A DNA stretch of 64,000 bases from Octopus sinensis (GCF_006345805.1 NC_042998.1:54126001-54190000), one strand, 5' to 3'. Positions 1-14,244 are shown, counted from the first letter of the stretch. The notes: generated from the sequence alone by a model not told the origin. A program made the numbers and translations.

Positions 1-316
1 CAGTCATGACTGACCATAGGATTGCACCTAGAAAGTTACCCTCCCAGGCACAAGCCTGGGCAAGGTTGTTTATGGAAGACCAGCAGTTGCCCATGCATAC
101 CAGCCTCCCCTCTCCACACAACTGATGTTATCCAAGGGAAAGAAAAAGGTCGATACAGCTTGGCACCTGTGACGTCGCAACTCATTCCTACAGCTGAGTG
201 AACTGGAGCAAGGTGAAATAAAGTGTCTTGCTCAAGAACACAACATATAGCCCAGTCTGGGATTCGAACTCACAACCTCACAATCGTAAGCTTGACACTC
301 TGACCGCTGAGCCTTC
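1..316 (-). mobile_element. tRNA-derived SINE (second copy at 46024-46346)
   Basis: B box GAGTTCGAATCCC on minus. High similarity to 46024-46346. Related heads at about 34410-34660 and 63400-63690. Confidence 0.8.
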
Positions 317-3300
317 AAATGTACTGCTTATTTTTTCACATTGTTTAGAATAAATCATGCACTCTCTCATAGCTTCAAGATTTCAATGATGTGATTGTTT
401 ATTTTTAAAATAATATTGCAGAATAGTGGTGAGAGGCCAGATCCATCCAGTTTCACCATGAAATAGTTAGAATGTTTAGACTGGGTATGGTCAGTTTAAA
501 TTCTAATGGGTTAAAAAAATTTCTTTCTAGTTATTCAGTAGGAAAGGAGAAGGACTTTATCAAAATTGTAAACGAGAGAAATTTCATACAGTTGATGTTC
601 ATTATAAACTTCTGCAGGTTGATGACTGCAAGAAAATATGGGCCAGATTGCCGAAGGACAATTGTCTAGGGAGGAAGGTTTGAGTAAAGTGTTTAGAACA
701 GGTTCTCGTGGCTGTGAGATAACAAGCATAAGATGTAAAAGACAGAAAGACAAGTGGGTCAAGTAGTTTTTGGTCCTTTTTTTTAAATACAGTCTAGGAT
801 ATTTGTGTGAGTGGCAGCCAGTGTCCCTACTATATAAACAGTACTATAACTGTGTTAAATACTTTGAGAATATTGTTAGTACTGATGAAATAATATTTCA
901 CAAACACTACAAATAGCAAGATCTTTGTTCACCATCTAGTGCTATACTTCCTATAGGTAATGTACATGCACTCAAACTAGGCTTGAACTCACAGACTCTG
1001 AAGTCACACATAGTTTCTATATTCTTATCTTACAAGACACCTCAACAATGAAGAGAAATGGAAACACCTGGATGACAGTCTTTTACAAATCAGAAAAGAT
1101 ATGGTTAATGCTTCAAGATGTTATTCCAAAACTATGACCCTTGACTCTTTTACAAGCTTCTGTCACTAGATTGTTCCATGCTGGAGCATTTCTTTTGCAT
1201 TCTATGCTCTGTTGTCAAAAAGTTTTAAACTAATTCAATACTGATGGCAATGTCTGGTGTAATTCTGAAAAAGGAAACAACAAATCTAAAGTGAGATTTT
1301 GAATGCTGAATCATAAATACTTATAGAATCCTTTAGAACTGTCCTGACAGACATATATATATAAGTTCAGCTGTGTTCCGGAGAAGGTCTGCCAGGGAAA
1401 CAATCGTTATATTTTTACACTTGACATAGGTTTGGTTTCTTAGGAAACAAAGATGATGGGCGAGAGACCAAGAATTATCTCATCAAACTAGCAATGTTTA
1501 TCCAATTCTATTTTTATACTTTCCAACATGTCTACTTGGATTTTTGGCTTTTTCCAATTTTAAACAAGAATTGAGTGAATGTAAACGTATACAAAACCTT
1601 ATGATAAAAGGTGATATTTTAATCAATAAAGCAATGATTTCTTTTTCTTTTTTTTTAAATCATTTATATTCATTTCTTCTTAAAAAAACAACAATATAAT
1701 GATGTTGATAATATTATAATTCTGACAGAAAAGATAATGATTTTGATTGCTTGAATGAAAACAAAGGTGTAGTATACCCTCCCTTTCTTTGTCATACACT
1801 TACAAATACACATGCTGCTATACGTGCAAATACACCATTCGCTTATTTCTAAAGATAAGACATTTTTTTATCTTAAAAAGATAAAATTCTTATATGAAAT
1901 TATTTTTAAGATATGTCAATATGCATCAATATTGAATCATGTATTGATACAGGAATCCATATCTGTGAACATTAAATTCTTGCAATCTCAGCAGTTATAG
2001 AATATAATGTAGAATTATTAATGTTTCAGAGAAAAATATACAAGCCATTTTTACCTGCAGCAATTTATCAACCATAGAGAAAAACTACCAGCTACAGTGA
2101 ATCTTTCTTTTAAAAAGCTGCCAAAATTCATTCAAAGGATATCACGTGAAGCAGATTTCAAGTTGTCATAGCAATCTAATTACTGGTAACAAACATTGTT
2201 ACATTGTATCAGTGCTATACAACACTATGAAAATGTTGTGCTGCTATATGATCTTGTGATTCATAATAGCAACAGCAACAACATTGATACAGTTCTATAG
2301 AACACTTCAGAAGTGCTCTCTATATATCTATGTTAATAATACTAGATGCAATGATACTGCATTGGTTCTTCAAAATCTGCAGCAGAACTATTCAGTACTG
2401 TGTTTCTATAATAATGAGTTCAAATGTTAGCAACACAAATGCAAATTGGTATGATTGATTGAACTGACTTGACGCTATTACCAGTTCTTATTTTCACTGA
2501 TTCTGGAGAGACAAAAGGCAAAGTTGCTCCTGGCAGTATTTGAACTTGGGCTGTATATTCAATAAACATAGTCAATTATAGAATATGGCACTTTGCTTCT
2601 TTTGCTACTCATTCTCATTCTTGTATTTCAATTATGATTTCTAATCTATTTTAAAAGCAAAATTAGAAATTGAATTAAGTATGCAGAAGTGACTCTAACA
2701 ATAAAGACAACCATGATAACAATGTAACAAGGTAAATATTAGTGAGAGAGACAGTATTATTACTGAGAGGTAATATTTATCCCCACTTAAATGTGTATGC
2801 TCTATTAGAACAAACTATACTGAGGTAGATACCATGAGGGAAACTCTAACATTGCCTTTTTGTTGCACAATGCACTCTATAAATACGTAGAGACTTCATT
2901 TAGGCATAGATTCGAACTTGAATCTGTCAATTTCCCTTAACATCGCAACAGTATTTTTCTCACAGAAAAACAATAGTTGACAGGAGCGACAATTCATGTA
3001 TTTTCAGTTTAACCCTTGACTTCTTCTATGCTACCAAAAATTGAAATTAGATAAGGGCGGCCTACATTGAATAAATCTGTTGTTCTCAACAATATTTCTC
3101 TCTTTCTGGCTGGTCTGCAATTCTTATAAATACTAGCAGCATACAGGGCAAAATCAGTTAGTGAGAACCGACTAAGAGGGACGTTGGCTGACCATCTGAA
3201 TGAAACGCTGTCTCTGAATAAAAAGGCAAAGAAGAACAACTACAGTAACTCACCAATGAAGCAGTTGTCTTGTCCCACCACTTTCACTTTCTCACTAGCT

Positions 3301-4112
3301 CATTTTTCTTCTCTACAACATCACTCAATCACTATCTTTGGCTTATTATAACAATAGTGAGAACATGTACACACTTACAAAAGAAGAGATTAACTCTCTA
3401 ACCTAGCATGTTTTTCTACTTATATTATACATGCCTGCCGTCATGTGTTGCTATACATAAAGTAACAGTAAATAAAAATTTGAAGTCGTCATCAACTTCG
3501 ACCATTGTTCTTCTTTCATATCTGCAACATCACATCCATTATATTTGGATAACCACTGAAAACAAATAACTGCATCTACTGTTACTAATGGTAATCTCCA
3601 AATCCTAACACTTACTGTTATAAATATATCTCTATGAAAACAACAGTGCATTTTACACCAAAAGCCAATATGAGAATTTCTCTCATGGTGTCTATCTCAG
3701 TATAGTTTGTTTTAACAGAACATCCACTTTTAAGTGGAGATATTAGCTCAATGTAACAAGGTGCTATAGTATAAAATAATTCTAAAACAGGCACAAAACT
3801 CGAAGCTGTAAGAAAGGAATATAGTATGTTTAAGAGACTCCAATTCTTGACTTGTACTTATTTACTATTGGAAGATGGAAAGCAGTTGACATTAGCAGGA
3901 CTCGAAAGCAGAATGTAAAGGAACATCATCACCATCATTTAACGTTCATTGTTCAGTGTTGGATGGTTTGACCAGAGCTGACAAACTGGGGGAGCTGCCC
4001 CGTATTCCAGTCTGATTTGGCATGGCTTCTATGGCTGGATGCCCTTCCTAATGCCAACCACTTTACAAAATGTGAGGGTGTTTTTATGTGGCACTGCATG
4101 GGTACTTTTACA

Positions 4113-4146
<34 letters not shown>

Positions 4147-4702
4147 CATACACACACTTCTTTACAGTACATGGCAGTACATACCTACCAAAACCCCAAA
4201 ACCTTGAGAGTGAATTTGGTACACAGAAACTGAAAGAAGTCTGTAAAATATAACATATATATATATATACATATACACACACACACATATGTGTGTGTGT
4301 GCACGTCTTTCTGCTTGTGTTGCATTTGTCCTTCCATCACTGTTTGTCAGTGGTGGGGGTACAGATACAGCACAAGTGCATCAATGAAAGAGACCGATAG
4401 AATAAGCATCAAATTTTAAAAAATAAGTACTGGTGTTTATTTGTTCAACTAAACCCTTCAACAGTATGGCTATGGTCTAATGAATGAAACCTGTAAAAGA
4501 TATTCACAAACACACACACGCACATGGGGTGGTTGCCTCCCCTCTCAACATGTGTGTATACATTTTGCGCTCTGCCTACAACATTAAAAGTATCTTAACT
4601 CTTATTTCTAGCAATGTAGGTGCTCCGGCAACCTTAGTCATACTTAGTGATGATTGAATTTTTCTTTTATGGTATCACATTGCACCTGACTGTTTATATT
4701 AA

Positions 4703-4752
<50 letters not shown>

Positions 4753-5263
4753 ATATGTGTGTGAATGTGTATGTTATATATTTGCTATGATATTGCAGAT
4801 TATCTGTTGTCAAATGCCTCTAATTATTAATCAAGATATATTGTTAGTGTAATTCAACAATGTAATTTGTATTGTATTATATTATACAATGCAATAATTG
4901 TATTCTCAGCAGTAGCTTAATGTTTATATTGTTTGATTAAAAACAAGCTTAATTTCATCTGTGTTTGTGTAAAGTTTTATATACACATATCTTTAATCTT
5001 CTACTTTGTACCTGTTTCAGTTATTAGACTGTAAGCATGCGGGGGCACTGCCATGCAAGGGTTAGTCCAGCGTTTCTAAAACTGGTGTTCCCTAGAACCC
5101 CAAGGTTCCACAAAAGGTTCCTAGGGGTCTCCTGAGAAAGAGTGAGATAAGCTAATGCTAATTTCATGATCGTAATATTATTATACACTAGCAGAATTGC
5201 CCGGCGTTGCTCGGGGCTGAATTGCTTGAAAGTACTGTTAATGATTGCACTGAATTATGATGA

Positions 5264-5810
5264 TTATTCAGGCAAATATTGATATAAACTTACGGTGGGA
5301 GATAAGGACTTAACGATCAAACGTGTGCCATTGCATTGTTTTGGGGGAACCAAATTTCTGATGAGCATTATAGGGGCACCAACTTTAAGTTTGAGAAAGT
5401 GTGGTGGTAGTCCGGGGTGCTCAAAGGAATTGAGTACCTCTATTGGATAGTTGATGACGTCCTCTGGGTCAGGAGTTGTATCGATAGACTGATATACATA
5501 GACTTCCCCAGGAATGAGTTTTAGCATTTCATCATTAATATGGTGAACAGTTTTATTCCTCGGGGCCAGTATAGCCTTTTTGCCAATCCAATCCATATTC
5601 TGATAATTAGCTTGTAGATCTGGGAACACTGCATCTCTGAGATCAGAAGGCGTCTTAACAATAGTACAAATGGAATCGATGGCAATATTACCATTTCCAT
5701 CCCCTGGTATTTTGCCTTCGCCAAGTGCAAGGAGGGTGTGAGGAAATGCTGCTGATGTGATATTACGTCACATATGAGCATGCATATTGGTGTGAAGTTT
5801 GAGAGTTACT
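5264..5810 (-). pseudogene. Helitron RepHel PIF1-family helicase C-terminal fragment
   Basis: Motifs KAILAPRN, GLPPHFLKLKVGAPIMLIRNL and CNGTRLIV. The upstream in-frame LKLHTNMHAHM*... contains a stop, and the fragment is truncated at both ends. Confidence 0.9.
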
Positions 5811-6052
5811 TCCGTTTATTTTAAAAAATATGCATTAAAAGGGAAAAAAATGATGGTAAATTATTTGTAAAATCATAGACTCAATGTAGACGCGCGCTAA
5901 TACCCAGAAGGGCTCGATATGAATCACGACTATAAGATACCCGGTTTTGGTTAAACTGCATCGCAAAATGTGGGAGTAGTTAGGAATCTAAATCGGAGTA
6001 GACAGACACACAACCTTTCTTTTATATATAAACTAGAGTTTTATATATATAG

Positions 6053-6540
6053 ATATTTTCGTCCTAAAAAACTTTGTATGGATTGAATGGTTACCTCTAT
6101 GGAAATATATACATGCACATTATACATACATGTGTGTATAGATGAATATATAAATACATTTAAATATCTATATACAATTTTGGGCGATCTTTCTGTTTCT
6201 TAGAGATAACTTTAGATCTTATTTTCGTGCTAAAAAACTTTGTGTGGAGTGAATGGTTACCTCTATGGAAATATATACACACACGTTATACATACATGTG
6301 TGCATAGATGAATATATAAATACATTTATATATCTATATACACTTTTGGGCGATCTCTGTGCTACTTAGAGATAACTTTAGATCTTATTTTCGTCCTAAA
6401 AAACTTTGTGCGAAGTGAATGGTTACGTGTATGGAAATATATACACACACATTATACATACATCTGTGTATAGATGAATATATAAATACATTTAAATATC
6501 TATATACACTTTTGGGCGATCTTTCTGCTACTTGGATATA
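6053..6540. repeat. About 3 tandem copies of a ~166-bp unit inside the Helitron
   Basis: attttcgt(c/g)ctaaaaaactttg and tttgggcgatct recur with period 166 (e.g. 6218 vs 6384). Confidence 0.9.
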
Positions 6541-6542
6541 GG

Positions 6543-6971
6543 GGCGATGTTTCGCTTGTCGTAGCACACGTTTCCGTCGATTTCCGTAAAAAATGTAAAC
6601 ACTGAATCGGCCATACATACATACATACACACACACATACATACACACACACACATACATACATACATATACACATAAACCGAGTAAAAAATTTCAGTTA
6701 TCTCTCTCTTTCACACATTACTCTCTCTGTCTCTTCACACACACTAACAGAAACACTTCACTTACACAACATACTGTCTGTCTCCCACACTCCATCAAAC
6801 ACACACACACACATGTACATCAATGCGTCCCATGCACGGTAACTTCAAAAGAACTTCCCTCGTCATACAATCGCTTTCTCTTAGTCTCTTTCGCTCTCAT
6901 TACTTATGTAAAAAAATAAGTTTTTTACGGAAATCGACGGAAACCTGTGCTACGACAAGCGAAACATCGCC
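6543..6971. mobile_element. MITE with 51-bp TIRs and 8-bp TSD (Merlin-like or other 8-bp-TSD superfamily)
   Basis: 6543-6593 is the reverse complement of 6921-6971 with 1 mismatch. TSD gatatagg at 6535-6542 and 6972-6979. TIRs start with GG. Confidence 0.85.
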
Positions 6972-7535
6972 GATATAGGTCTTATATTCATCCTAAAATA
7001 CTTTCCTGTCACACACTCATGCACACGCACGCACACACACACACACACACACACGCACCCTCACACACACACACGCACACACACGCACGTTAGCTTACAA
7101 TTTTATTTATATATTTGCGTGTCTATGTGTGTAAAGAGGAAGTGGCAGACTGAAAGAGTCACTCACTACAAAAGGTGAATTACTTTCATTTTATTCCTTG
7201 CACACTGTGTGTGTGCGTGTGCGTGTGGTGTAAAACACATTAAGAAAAGCATTTGACATACACACCAGAATGTGAGTCTTCTGTAAATTTTGCTTAATTG
7301 GAGTTTAAATTTTAAAAAGTGGACCTGGCAAAACCCGATGCATTCTACTCTTAAAAATGCTAAGTAAATTGTAATTGAAGAAATCCTATATTGTAGATTT
7401 CTATAACTGACAAAGGGAGGCAGATAAAATCTGCCTTTTATAATAAGAGATGCACAATATGTTATTGGTTATAGTAATATTTTAATACAGACCTTATCCT
7501 ATCTAACCTATTATGTTGCCTAAAAAATATAACAA

Positions 7536-7574
<39 letters not shown>

Positions 7575-8659
7575 ATTTACCATGTGAACTACGATGCAAA
7601 AAATATGAGAAAGGTGTGGTATCTAATTTTTTTGTGCAGGGGTTACTTGAGACATGTAATTTATTTTAAGGGTTACACAAGGGTAAAAGTGTTGAGAAAC
7701 ACTGGGTTAGTCAAACACTCTGACTCCTCCACCCCATCCCCAGTACTAGTCTGAAACTTATTCCATTGTCATCCTTTGCTGAAGCACAAAGTTAAAAGGA
7801 TGAAAACAAACCAACACTGGTTGCCAAGTGGTGGTGGTGGTGGAGGAGACAAACACACACATACACATATAGAGGTTTCTTTCTGTTTCCATATACTAAA
7901 TCCACTCACAAGGCTTTGGTCAGCCTGAGGCTAAGTAGAAAACACTTGCTGAAGGAATCCCTGTAGGACTAAACTCCAAGCCATGTGGTTGGGAAGTCAA
8001 CTTCGAACGTACCCCCAGTGTGTTATAGGCATTTATTCTATCAATTCTGGATTTGAAAATGGAGTGAAGTTAGATGTTGCTGTGTGATAAGTAGCTTGCT
8101 TACCAACCACATGGTTCTGGGTTCAGTTCCACTGCATGGCACTTTGGGCAAGTGTCTTCTACTTTAGCTTTGGGCCAACCAAAGCTTTGTGAGTGGATTT
8201 GGTAGACAGAAACGGTCATACAAGTGGTGTCCCTTGTTTCCAATCTTCTAGTGCAATATGTCTTCAACCATGGGGAAATATTACCTTACTTGCAAACAAG
8301 TGAAGATTGAGTAACAGAAAAGAAAGGTATCTGATTGCAGAAAAATCTGCCTTAACAAATTCCATCTGATCCATGTAAGCACATGTTAAAATCATGATGA
8401 TGGCAATAAGAAACTGTGAAGAAGCCAGTAAGATAGATTGTGCACATAATGCAAAAGTCCAACCTTGTTATATTTGTGCCACATTGTTTAAGCTTAGATT
8501 TATATTTTGAGTGCATATGTCTATGGAATACTCAACCATATAACACATTAATTTAAAGAGCAGTTGGTGCAGTTGATCAAATAACCAGATGCTCAGAGTT
8601 GAAACTGTCCAGAGATCCATCAGCTTCTGATCCAAACAGAAATTTGAAATTTAGTGTTG

Positions 8660-9250
8660 ATTTCAAGTTTTGGCACAACACCAGCAATTTCATGGAGGGA
8701 GGTGTATGTTGATTACATAGATTCCAGGCCTAAACTGGTACTTTATTTTATCAAAATCAGAAAAGATGTAAGGCAAAGTCAACCTTGGCAGAACTCAGAA
8801 CATAAAGATGGACTGGGATATTAATGATTCAGTCAGCTCACCACCTTAGTTGCACAGGGCCAGCAATTTTTTTTTTTTTTTTTTGGTGGGTTGGGGAAAG
8901 TTGATTACATTGATACCAGTACCCAACTAGTGATTATCTTATTGACCCTGAAAAGATGAAAAGCAAAGTTGACAATGGCGGAATTTGAACTCAATGTAAA
9001 GATGGACAAAATATTGCTGAACGTTTTCCCTGGTGTGCATATGATTCTGCCAGCTCATGCCATTGTTTTGAAATTCACATCAGTTTCAAACCTTGGCACC
9101 AGGCTGGTAGTTTTAGGGGAAAGAGTAAGATGATAACATCAACCCCAGTACTTAACTGGTACTTATTTTATTGACACCCAAAAGGGATGAAAAGCAAAGT
9201 TGACTCCAGGTAGCATTTGAACCCAGAATGTAAAGTTGGAAGAATTGTGA
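8660..9250 (-). repeat. Three consecutive same-orientation MetaSINE-like copies
   Basis: gcac...ccagcaattt...tggtacttattttat...gatgaaa(a/g)gcaaagt repeated three times about 200 bp apart. Confidence 0.75.
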
Positions 9251-12145
9251 TGCTACATTTGGTGTAAGGTATTTAAATATTCTTTCATACAACACTCACA
9301 TTAAGGTACCTGTTATGGTCCAGACATTATTGCGGTTGGTATCATAATCATCATCACCCTTATCTCATCATTTATGTCTACTTGCCATGCTGGCATGAGT
9401 TAGCTGGATTACCCAGTCTGCATCAGTTCTTACTTGAAGTTACTGCCCTCCTAGACAGTTCAAGCAGCTCCATCATGCTCACATGTCTCAGTATTTGGAT
9501 TGGTTTCAATAACTGGATACCCTTTCTAACACCAACCAATTTGCAGAGTAAGTACTAAGCAGGAGGCATCAATGCAATAAAAGTTATTAAAATTTATCTA
9601 TTAGGTCAATTATTTTGCCTATTACTTAAAGGAGATTATTAGTGAACTGTTTATAGAAATTCAAATTAAAAATAAAATAAAAATGTTATGGTTCAGTCAC
9701 AAGAAATTGCAACACTCAGACCAATGCAAGGCCTCTGAGGTTGTACTGCCTATACTGGAAACCTGATCTGTATGTCTACATCAGAGTTAGCTCTGCTGAA
9801 GATACCTTGGGTGACAGATTAGGCTCTCCACTCCTCAAAACATGTACAGCCCTCGCACAGCTTTCATTTACTGGAGGTTTTGGTCGTCCTAAGGCTAGAG
9901 TAGAAGACACTTGCCCAAGGTGATGTGCATACAGAAGGAATGAACACAGTCATAAAATTGTAAAAATCAACTTCTTAACCTCACATTTCTGCCTGTATCC
10001 ATAAATGAATGAAATTAAATTCTGAATCTTGTGTTGGGCCTCTACTAGGAGTACTACACCATTTTTTTTTTAATAAACAGTAATCTTATTTCATGGCCAT
10101 GTGCATAATATCCTTCCTATTATAGCATAAAGCCTGAAATTTGTTGGGAGGGGATTAGTCAATTACATTGACCCCAGTGCTTAACTGGTACATAATTTAT
10201 TTAACCTGAAAAGGATGAAAGGCAAAGTTGACCTTGGCGAAATTTGAACTCTGAATGTAAATTTAGAAGAAATGCTGTTAAACCTTTTCTCTGGCACAGT
10301 AATGCTTCTGCTAGCTCACTGCCTTAGTCATGAGCATAATATTAAAAACTACCGCATATTTGCTTCAAGAATTCATAAAATGTCTTGCAGAAAAAAAAAA
10401 AGTGAAATTGAGCCAGCAAAGAAAAATCACAATGCTAAACCCTAAATAATAAAAATAAATGGTAAACCAAATTCATTTTTTAATTGTTTTACATCATTTT
10501 TCAAGCTAGAATAGTTTTTAAAAAAACAATCATAGAAGAACTTACTATGATAAATAGATGTCATTTTGAGTAAAGATGTGAATCACAAATGACAATATAG
10601 CCACAAAAAGAGAGAAGAAAATATATGATTCTGAAGATACATTGCTGGAATAAATAACCAGTTGATATTTGGATGTTCCCTTTTTCCTTTTTTTTCTTTT
10701 GGAATTTATGTATGTTTCTCCCCATCATGTAACATTTAGCCATTTGATCTATGTTTGTTAACTGAAGATATGTTTTTGTATGTAACCTCAGCTTACAGCT
10801 AGCTTTCTTACACTGAAAAACAACTTGAAATCATGTGATAGCGAGTGGAGAAAGCAAATTTGCTTTTTTAGAAGATGGAGGTTCTTTAAAAACATTCTTT
10901 AGTCATCTTCTACTAGAAAAAGCAAAACAACTTTTTACTAGTCACTCAAAAGGATGATAATTAAGCAAAGTGTTTCTTTTTTTTTTTTTCTCCTTTCTCA
11001 GTACCAGAATTTTCGCATTATTTTATTGACTTTATCAAAGTGAAAATAGATTTCAGACTGACTCTAACATTTCAAGTAATAAATTGAATGAGTCACAGTA
11101 AATTGAAGAAGTAAATTTGATCATAACTATTAAACATCTAATACATGAATTTCTTAAATCAATTATTCTGTATTTTGAGTAAGAAACTTTTGAGAAAACA
11201 CTTTGAAAAGTTAACTTTGAAATAGTTATTTACATCATTTACATTAGTAAACGAGATAAAATACCATACCTAGAATAATTTGTAGAAGCTATGGATATTT
11301 TATTTAGTTTCAGTGCTTCAAATTGTAAAAAGGACAGACATAACATAATATTGTAAGCAAGCTAATGAAGGGAGCCTCAACATAGTTACTTGCCTTGGTA
11401 GAAATAGCAGCTAAATTTTACTCAAATTATACCCAGTCATATTAAGAAAAAAAAATGAAAGAATATATTAAATAATGTAGTTCTGCATGTGAACTGGGTG
11501 TTGTTGATCAAAGGTTTATCTGGTTGGAAATGATCTGGTGTAAACTAACATTATGATGAGGGTTGATGGCAGAATTGGTAAAACATTAGACAAGATTCAT
11601 CACAGTATTTAATTGCATCCATTTATATTGTGAGTTCAAATCCCACCAAATCAAACCTTGCCTTTAATTCAACTCGGGTCAATGAAATAACGTATCAGAC
11701 AAGTACCCAAGTAAATTATATTGACTGTCCTTTTGCCCAAATTTGAAGCCTTGTATCTAACTTAGAAATTAATAATGATTTCAAATTTTGGCACAAGGCC
11801 AGCAATTTTAGGAAAAGTGGGGAGTCAATATCATCGACCACAGTGCTTGACTGGTGCTTATTTTATTGATCCCGAAAGGATGAAAGCAAAATCGACCTCA
11901 GTAGCATTTGAACTCAGAACATAAAGCCAGAAGAAATGTCCCTAAGCATTTTGTCTGGGCGCTGTAATGATTCTGCCAGCTCACTGCCTTAATTTAGAAA
12001 TAAATAATGCAAGAATTCAATATATATGTTGTAATTTGACATCTCTGATATGAAACGTCATAACTAAAATCGGTGTTGGCTATAATTTCTATAGAATATC
12101 TGTAGAGATAACTGTAACTAGTGATTGTAATACATTGTTCTTTTA

Positions 12146-12401
12146 CAGAGGTTCTCAACCATTTTTTATCTATAGACCCCTTTGGTTTCTATTTTACTCC
12201 ACTGTACCCTCATAGCCACCCAATGTTTAAAAAATGTTAATATTATTCTAATAATTAAAATATTATTAGGAAGTGTATAAAAAAAGTTGTTAAAATATTT
12301 TGTGAATTATAGAAGAATAACCAATTTACTGCACATAAAATTTTTAACAAAATCCTTTAAGGACCCCGAAGGGTCACATGAACCCTGGTTGAGAACCACT
12401 G
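12146..12401. mobile_element. hAT (Charlie-like) MITE
   Basis: TIRs cagaggttctcaacc / ggttgagaaccactg. TSD degenerate. Confidence 0.75.
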
Positions 12402-12623
12402 CTCTATACAAAAGATGGGAGACTTTATCACAGACTGTTATGTTTTTGGCGGTTTGAATATCTCCTCAACAATAAGGTTATGATGATGTTGGGGTGTGCA
12501 AAAGGGTGTAGGAATAGTATTACCCAAATAAATATTTGGATATGGTTATCTAGAATAACCTTTTGCAGAATTAATATGTTCATGCAGAACATACTCCATA
12601 CTATGCCAAACATAGGTACAATA

Positions 12624-12853
12624 TTAAACCTTTTGTTACCATATTTCTATTGAGATGCTCTGTGTTTCTTTCAATTAATTTTAAATATAACAAAGAATTT
12701 AGTAAAGTAACTTAGTTATCATTAGGCTGGTGTTAGGAATATAAATTGTGATTAAGGTTTGGTGGAAGATTTTAATTCAAAACTTATGAAAACAAGATAT
12801 TTTTAGTATAGAGACAGAGGTGGTTTCAGGCAGTCTGGTATTGAAAGGGTTAA
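12624..12853. mobile_element. Second piggyBac-like TTAA MITE family
   Basis: ttaa-accttttgttacca ... tggtattgaaaggg-ttaa, with imperfect TIRs. Confidence 0.55.
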
Positions 12854-13964
12854 ACTAATACAGTAGCCCAATATGAAGGATCAATGCTGTCAACTGCTCA
12901 CTGTCAAATGCCAACAGTCAATCTGATAGTTCTCTATGCTATGAAATGAGTCAATCCACTTTTAGTCATATGGGAGTGGTCAGGATCCTTCCAAAATACA
13001 GACTGACTAATGTTGCCTGTCATCTCTATGGAAAACAACAAACAAATAAATAAAAAAGATTTTTGAAATGGGATAATAATAATAATGATGTTGATGGTTT
13101 TATTTAACCTCAGGTTAGCCTTGATTGAACAGATGTTCCTTTTTACTTCTCTTCAAACAATATATCTAGAATTATATAAACTAATGTGTCCCTTTGTTGA
13201 AATTGGAGGATGTGATTTTTGAAAGATCTTTGAGACAGGTTATGAGACAACTTACAGGATCCAACATTGGCTCATAACAATGGTTTCTAGTATAATTGTG
13301 GCAATATTGGCATAATGACTCTCCCTAGACAAGAAAATTTATTTCATAACACAAATTCACATAAAGAATCTTGCAAATCAGATATAAAAACGATGTTTAC
13401 TAATCCTGTTATCCACTCTATTGTTGTGTAGTCATTGACATCATCATTTCATCATTTCTGTCTCTACTTTTCCCTCCAAGCTGATAAGGGTTGAACAAAA
13501 CTTATAGAGGCAAGGCTATATAGCTGGATGTTAAGCAATCTATACAAGTCTTCAGATTCCACCGAGGTTGACTTTTACTGTCATCCTTTTGGAGGTCAAT
13601 AAAATAAGTAGCAGTTGAAAACTGGGGTCAATGTAATTGACTTAACCCCTTCCTGGAAATTGTTGGCCCTCAGTCAAAACTTGAAACCATTATTATGCAA
13701 ATGACTAAGGTGGAAAACTGGAAGCATTGTTAACAAGCCAGACTTGAGCAGGCTGGCTGTGTGGTAAGAAGTTTGATTCCCGACAACATGGTTTCAGGTT
13801 CCATCCCTATGCTTGGCACTTTGGGAAAGTGTCTCTTCTACTATAGCCTCCAGGCCAACCAAAGCCTTGCAAGTGGATTTGGTAGACAAAAACTGAAAGA
13901 AGCCCATTGTACATATGTAAGTATGTATGTATGTGCATATGTATGTATACTTCTATTTTTTTCA

Positions 13965-14200
13965 TTATTATAAATCTTCCACTGAAGAGGGAGCTAGTTT
14001 CCAACAAAGATACAAGGCTCCATCTTTGGGATGTAGTTAACACAGACAAATTCACATTTGGAACTTGAGAAAAGTCTTGTATATTTTTACTGTTCCACTC
14101 ACAGATTGCACTTGTAATATACGAATTAGCTGGTCGATTTCTCTTTCTGAAAATCCAAGTTTATCTAGATTCTCCTTAAAACATTTATTAACAAAACTTT
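13965..14200 (-). mobile_element. 3' end of an RLE-type (R4-like) LINE
   Basis: Minus frame ...LGFSEREIDQLIRILQVQSVSGTVKIYKTFLKFQM* followed by a short 3' tail. Confidence 0.45.
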
Positions 14201-14207
14201 GTGCGCA

Positions 14208-14244
<37 letters not shown>

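Larger units (their letters stand above)
5188..7450 (-). mobile_element. Non-autonomous Helitron (composite)
   Basis: 5' TCTCTTATTATAAAAGG at 7450. 3' hairpin CCCGAGCAACGCCGGG then CTAG at 5188-5191. Inserted between A and T with no TSD. A second TCTATATATATAAA-type 5' end lies near 6053. Confidence 0.85.
5068..7704. mobile_element. Non-autonomous hAT-type element hosting a nested Helitron
   Basis: TIRs cagcgtttct... / ...agaaacactg. Perfect 8-bp TSD ggttagtc at 5060-5067 and 7705-7712. Confidence 0.85.

Noticed and set aside
2057-2170. Plus-strand acceptor followed by QFINHREKLPATVNLSFKKLPKFIQRISREADFKLS*
   Set aside because: Short and isolated, with no partner exons or homology supporting a plus-strand gene.
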